Shown: positions 59,108 through 64,000 of the stretch, piece by piece
How positions within the stretch are numbered: the stretch's first letter is position 1
Layout of the letters: every line of letters starts with the position of its first letter
NCBI RefSeq assembly: GCF_964355755.1
Contig: NC_092672.1
Coordinates: 5,456,001-5,520,000 of the forward strand
Origin: Antedon mediterranea
Lineage: Eukaryota; Animalia; Echinodermata
Reading direction: 5' to 3'
Length of the DNA: 64,000 bases
The notes under the pieces: generated by a model
The model's input: the letters and a program-made list of their open reading frames with translations, nothing else
Told to the model about the DNA's origin: nothing
Database searches by the model: none
Translations under genes and position numbers: made by a program

Positions 59108-62100
59108 CTAAGATTTTTGTTCTTGTTTTTTCTTGCGTTTTGCGAACCATTCGTCACTTTTATCTGCTTCAATTGCCTGACAAAAGAAACAAGTTTTAAC
59201 AATTATTAATATTCTGTTGTCATTAATGGGTTGTCTTTGGTTAGCTTATTTCCAGCTCAGAGTCTAGATAATTTTATTAATCAACAAACACTGAAAGCGC
59301 TCCGATCTTTACGGAATAGCCCTATATAAATGTTGCATTATTATTATTACGAACTTCTATTAAGTGCAGAAAATTTACTGATTTTCTAGGAGTCATAACC
59401 AGTTATTATCAGTGACGTAATGGCTATGAGCACTCACTGGCTAAACCCAGGGACCCCTGAGCTTACAGGAGCCCTGAGCAAAGCTAATATGTAGAAAAAG
59501 GCTAAAAACATCCAAGGCTATTGCAGGGCCACTTAGGGTTACTGAACTAAGGCATCAGGCCTCTGTGTTATGCCACTGGTTATTATTTATATCTCCATTG
59601 AGATCCCGTACTATTGTCATTTTATCCAGTAATTTGCCTTTTGATTTAACCAGTTATAGTAAAAAATATACTACACATGTACTGCACATCAATTTAAGAG
59701 ATTTAAAATCATTTTAAATTACCTTTGTAATCAGTTCATCAGCTTTAGGGTCGGTCTGGGACAGTGTTCGAAATGCTTCATCGCCCACAAAACAGATTTC
59801 ATGACCATCCTAAAAATATAGATATTATTATTAGTATTGCATGCTGATAAATAAATGGCTCACTGCATGGAAATCATTTTCTTTGATATCGTATTACCGT
59901 ATATCCTCGGGTATTATCCCACTTCGGGTCTAATCCCACTCCCTACTTTATGTCTAATGTCACAAACAGGCATATCCAAGGGTAATAGTCCCAGTATTGA
60001 CTTTTGGTCTGGATGTAGGCCTCTCTCTAGCCATTTCAGATGAGTTTTTACAAGAAATGCTTGGCAATCGTTTTTTTTCTGAACCAGGCTTTCCCTGGGT
60101 ATAGTATGTTCTAGTGGGGTGGGATTATACCAGAGGATATGGTAATAAACTGTGGATAACATATTTTGAGCACTCACTGGGTCTGCCAATATGACCACCT
60201 CTACAGTAGCCTTCCCTGGCGTGTCTAAGCTCACTAAAGGTGTGAGGATCGTCTGCTGTAGTTCCTTCATTTTCTTCTCAAGATCTGGAAGCTGCAGAAT
60301 TACACAATGAATAGCAAAGTTATTGAATACTGCATACAATCATTTTTTTTCTATTTTAAAATTTTATTTTTTGAATATAAAAATTTACTTTAAAAAAAAA
60401 AATTTATAGTTGCATTCTCTGGTTATTTAATATTACTCTGTCAACACTATCAAACTCTATGCGACAAAAAAATGTGATGTGCCCATATATGGACATGAAG
60501 TCGTATCAGAACCATATTTGGGCATATCACTACCATACTTAGGCACATCACACTTTTTTTGTCAAACTAGTTTGATAGTGTAGACACAAGGACAAATTTA
60601 AGTGGAAACTGAGCATAATTAGGGGGTACAGTAAACCCCCACTAAAATGTTCTCAACAGATTTGTGTGCTTTATGGGAGCTATTATTAAAAATAGCTGAA
60701 ACGGCAAAAAAATACACACCCCTGTTAAACTAAGTTGTTGGAATTGGTGAAAACAAACTCTTTACCTCAGATCTTGGACAAGCAAAGGCAACACGACCAA
60801 AAGCTGAAGCGTGATTCATTGTAGCACCTTCAAGGTCGTTCAACTCCAGCTTACACTGGTTATCAGAATAGCCTAACAGTGCCGTCTTATCCGTCTCAGA
60901 GTACACCTCCATACCACAGAGTTTTGACCAGTAATCTTTGATATCAAAAATGTCCACATAATACCCAAATATAATTAGGTACAGTAATACTGTACATCCA
61001 AAAGGTTTTAAGCTACTTTATAGAGTCCAGTTTTATGATTTACTTTAAATACAGAACTTCCAACACAAAATTTCTTCTCTTAACTGCCATCTACAAACAT
61101 TTTAGTACTGTACATAACAGCCACTGATCATCACTTGGCCCTCTGGAGTTGACTGAAGAGATGTTGCCCAGTATAAATAAAATATTTCAATTCAATTCAA
61201 TTGTAAAACTTACCAACAGACTTCTTCAGGTTCGTAGCACCAAGAGTTACTTTCTTAACTGGATCTGGAATAAACAATTTGCAGTTTGATCAACTCTTAG
61301 GTACAACTAAAACAAACCAGTAGCATATGAGATACAGCAGAATCCTTCCTTTGGGACACCCCTGTAAAAGGGGCGCCCTTAAAGGTAAAGGTAAAGGTAT
61401 TTATATTTGTCCTCAAGCTTAACTGGAAACTGAGGAAAATTTTGATTAGGTCCTCCACGGACCCACGGCAGCCAGCAGTGCAGCGTCTACCAGATCAGCA
61501 CACCGGGAGACGATCCCCTACTCTTTTCGAATAGTGTACCAAGTTCTTTAACGTGCACTGTTAAGTACACAGGACCAACGGCTTTACATCCCATCCGAAG
61601 GATGAGGCAATGAGAGTAAAGCATCTTGCCTAAGGATGCAATTAGTATGGTACAGATAACCTCGAACCCATGCCTATCACATGCTAGTCCGATATTACCA
61701 TTACACCATCCCTCTCCAGTGATCACAGCACCCGCCGCGATTTCTAGACGGTCTCCCATCCAGAACGCAACCGGGCCCAACGTTGCTTAACTTCGGTGAT
61801 CTAACAAGAACCGGTGTTTCAACGCAGTATGGCCGTAATTAAGGAGACACCCCTATACAGGGGACTTCCCTATTCAGGGAACACCCTTATTAAGGGGACA
61901 CCCCTATGCAGGGGACAGCCTTATTAAGAGAAGAGTTTTATAAAGAGGACAGCCTTATTGCGAGGACAGCCTTATTATGAGGACAGCCTTATTATGAGGA
62001 AAGCCTTATTGCGAGGAAAGCCTTATTATGAGGACAGCCTTATTAAGAGGACAGCCTTATTAAGAGGACAGCCTTATTAAGAGGACAGCCTTAATAAGAG

Positions 62101-63626
62101 GACAGCCTTATTAAGAGTACAGCCTTATAAAGAGGGCAGTCTTATTAAGAGGACAGCCTTATTAAGAGGACAGCCTTAGAGAACACTTTCCCATAAAAAA
62201 AAACGAGGAAAATATTAATCTTTCAACACTACGGCAAGCCTCTACTCAGCAGGAGATCTCTATCAAGGGGACACTTTGTTGGCTTTCTGTCCCCTTAATA
62301 GGGTTCTACTGAATAAGACACTACTATAAGTTAATCATAGATGTATTAGAACACTACCTCCTGATTCAGGTTTATTTACAAGGTAGAACTTGTAACCACC
62401 GGGTGCCACGGCAACAAACGTGTCATCACAGAGTTTTGTTAAAGGCCAGTCAACCTTCTTGGCATTTTCAATGGCTTTAGATGACTCAATGGTTATCCCC
62501 TACATCAAAATAAAAGATAAATAATTAATCATCATTTAGGGAAGTGGTGTAACACAGAGGGAAAAAGCCCCCTGGTTCAGCACTCCTAAAAAGCCCTCCA
62601 ACATTGGGTAGTTGCATTGGATTGCTCATGCTCTGGGGTTCTTGAGTTTAGCCAGTAAGCACTCATAGCTATTACACCACTGTTAGTATGTCTGCAAGCA
62701 TATCATATAATAATACGGCAAGCCTCTACTCAGAGGAGACCCCTATCAAGGGGACTCTTTGTTGGCTTTGTGTCCCTCCCCTTAATAGGGGTTCACCATA
62801 TAATAATACTCCTTCTGATAATAGAGTTTTCTACATGCTTTATTACTAACCTCATAAAAAGTAATTAGATTTATTCTTCCAGAAATTACTGAATTATACT
62901 ACTACTTATTTAAAAAAAAAGTATATATATATAATTACCTGAAAATCATTTCCTATTTCATAACTTTTAATGCCATAGTTATATGTAAGCTCAATAACAA
63001 AGTGACTGTCTTCATCTCCGTAACCAATCATAGACTTGCTCCACTTGCTGTCATATGGTCTGAAATTATTATTCAATACTCATAATTATTAATTCTAAAT
63101 TTATTCAACCATAATTGTATCATTCATCTAAATTCTTTTATTGATTTGGATGGACCATTTCAAGAATACAAATACAATTCATGATAGAGTCCCTACAGGG
63201 TTAATCCTGGTGACTAGCGCTAGGGGCGTGTGTTACCCTATCTACAGCTACTATGTTAGCACTGGATCCAGGAGCTACACTGGCCATTTTTTCCCTGTGA
63301 GAGGTTAAGGCAGGAATTATGAAAAATGCACAACCTTAATTATTTTCTATGATAAAGAATTGTATGATACTTGATAGCTGATCTACTTCCTACATATACC
63401 TTTTAACCCCTCTAAATAATCTCTTTCTCACATAAAGACGTGCTACTGATGGGGATCGAAACCAGAGCTCCAGTGTCATATACTTTTACTACTTTAATTT
63501 ACTACTTGACTCCACATAATTGATGTTATAATTATTCTCAGTTCTGTTTTAAACTAAAATAATGACGCATATTTACCCATTACATGAGGCTTTGCATCCT
63601 TCATCAAATTCTTCATGGCGCAGAAA
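59108..63626 (-). CDS. GLOD4: Glyoxalase domain-containing protein 4 (5' exon outside the window)
   Basis: Exons 63626-63577, 63059-62939, 62499-62358, 61264-61214, 60935-60766, 60291-60178, 59809-59723, 59176-59108. Motifs: [82 protein letters not shown] and ADKSDEWF. Confidence 0.95.
59410..59578. mobile_element. hAT-like MITE (family D)
   Basis: TIR CAGTGACGTAA/TTATGCCACTG with 8-bp TSD GTTATTAT; inverted copy at about 62543-62681. Confidence 0.75.
59893..60145. mobile_element. Tc1/mariner-like MITE (degenerate)
   Basis: TTACCGTATATCCTCGGGTATTATCCCAC versus GTGGGATTATACCAGAGGATATGGTAA. Confidence 0.5.
60435..60587. mobile_element. MITE family A copy
   Basis: Same TIR and internal motifs. 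Confidence 0.8.
61378..61837 (-). mobile_element. Chimeric 5S rRNA + tRNA-headed SINE with Deu-like core and (TACCTT)n tail
   Basis: Minus strand reads: 5S-like TACGGCCATAC...GATCACCGAAGTTAAGCAAC...TGGATGGGAGACC...GGGTGCTGT (61837-61722); a tRNA-like segment with GGTTCGAG; the core GGATGGGATGTAAAGCCGTTGGTCC...TTAAAGAAC...AAGAGTAGGGG...CCCGGTGT; then a simple-repeat tail. Confidence 0.8.
61944..62178. repeat. 17-bp tandem repeat (about 13 copies) inside a Tc1/mariner-like MITE (about 61335-62311)
   Basis: Unit GAGGACAGCCTTATTAA; flanking CAGCAGAATCC...GGGACACC and GTCCCCTTAATAGGGTTCTACTG ends. Confidence 0.8.
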
Positions 63627-64000
63627 CTTTAATAGAAACCAATCATTGTTAGCATGGTTAAAATGTTCAGTCCACTTAGCTTAACAAAAATTATGTAATC
63701 AATGCCCACACACAAATCTAGTTAATTGTTGATCTCCTATAGCAAGTGCATTTCATTTTAAACTTTTTACAGTATGTACTTGCAATTAGAAGCATATAAC
63801 GTTACTGTATGTTTTTACAGTAGCAATGTCTTTCTCAATATATCTTCTACGGATCTTTTAATATCTAAAGTAACCAATCTTTAAACCAATCTAATTACAA
63901 CAGTTAATTCCACTTTCATGATTGCATTAAATCATAGAGATATTTAAACTATAATATCTCTATGATTAAATTATGAACAACATGCAGATTTTGAAATTTG

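Noticed and set aside
61722-61837. Functional 5S rRNA gene
   Set aside because: Diverged, lacks the terminal helix and oligo-T terminator, and runs directly into a SINE body.

Overview
AT-rich, intron-containing animal genomic DNA. It is an invertebrate, plausibly a deuterostome such as an echinoderm (inference from gene structure and repeats). Spliced genes reconstructed by hand from GT-AG boundaries: BCL7-like (-), TADA2A (+), a DC-STAMP-domain/RING protein (+), ACADS (+), serine dehydratase SDS-like (-), UNC93A-like (+), an atypical Rab-like GTPase (+), an intronless secreted ZP-domain protein (+), a frameshifted paralog of the Rab-like gene (+) and GLOD4 (-, first exon beyond the window). 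The window also holds a decayed adhesion-GPCR-like fragment, many MITEs, a 4-kb long-TIR element, a 47-bp satellite interrupted by a P-like MITE, and a chimeric 5S-rRNA/tRNA Deu-domain SINE. Strongest candidates for new biology: (1) ACADS carries two old, intact, equal-length copies of exon 3, which look like mutually exclusive exons and differ at the substrate-pocket helix (SVNN vs SAHN); (2) a Rab-like family with G3 Q->L, G4 NKHQ and no switch I, shared by both paralogs; (3) an intronless protein fusing bacterial-type N-terminal/Ig-like modules to an animal ZP module. No database searches or alignments were run; family assignments come from recalled motifs.
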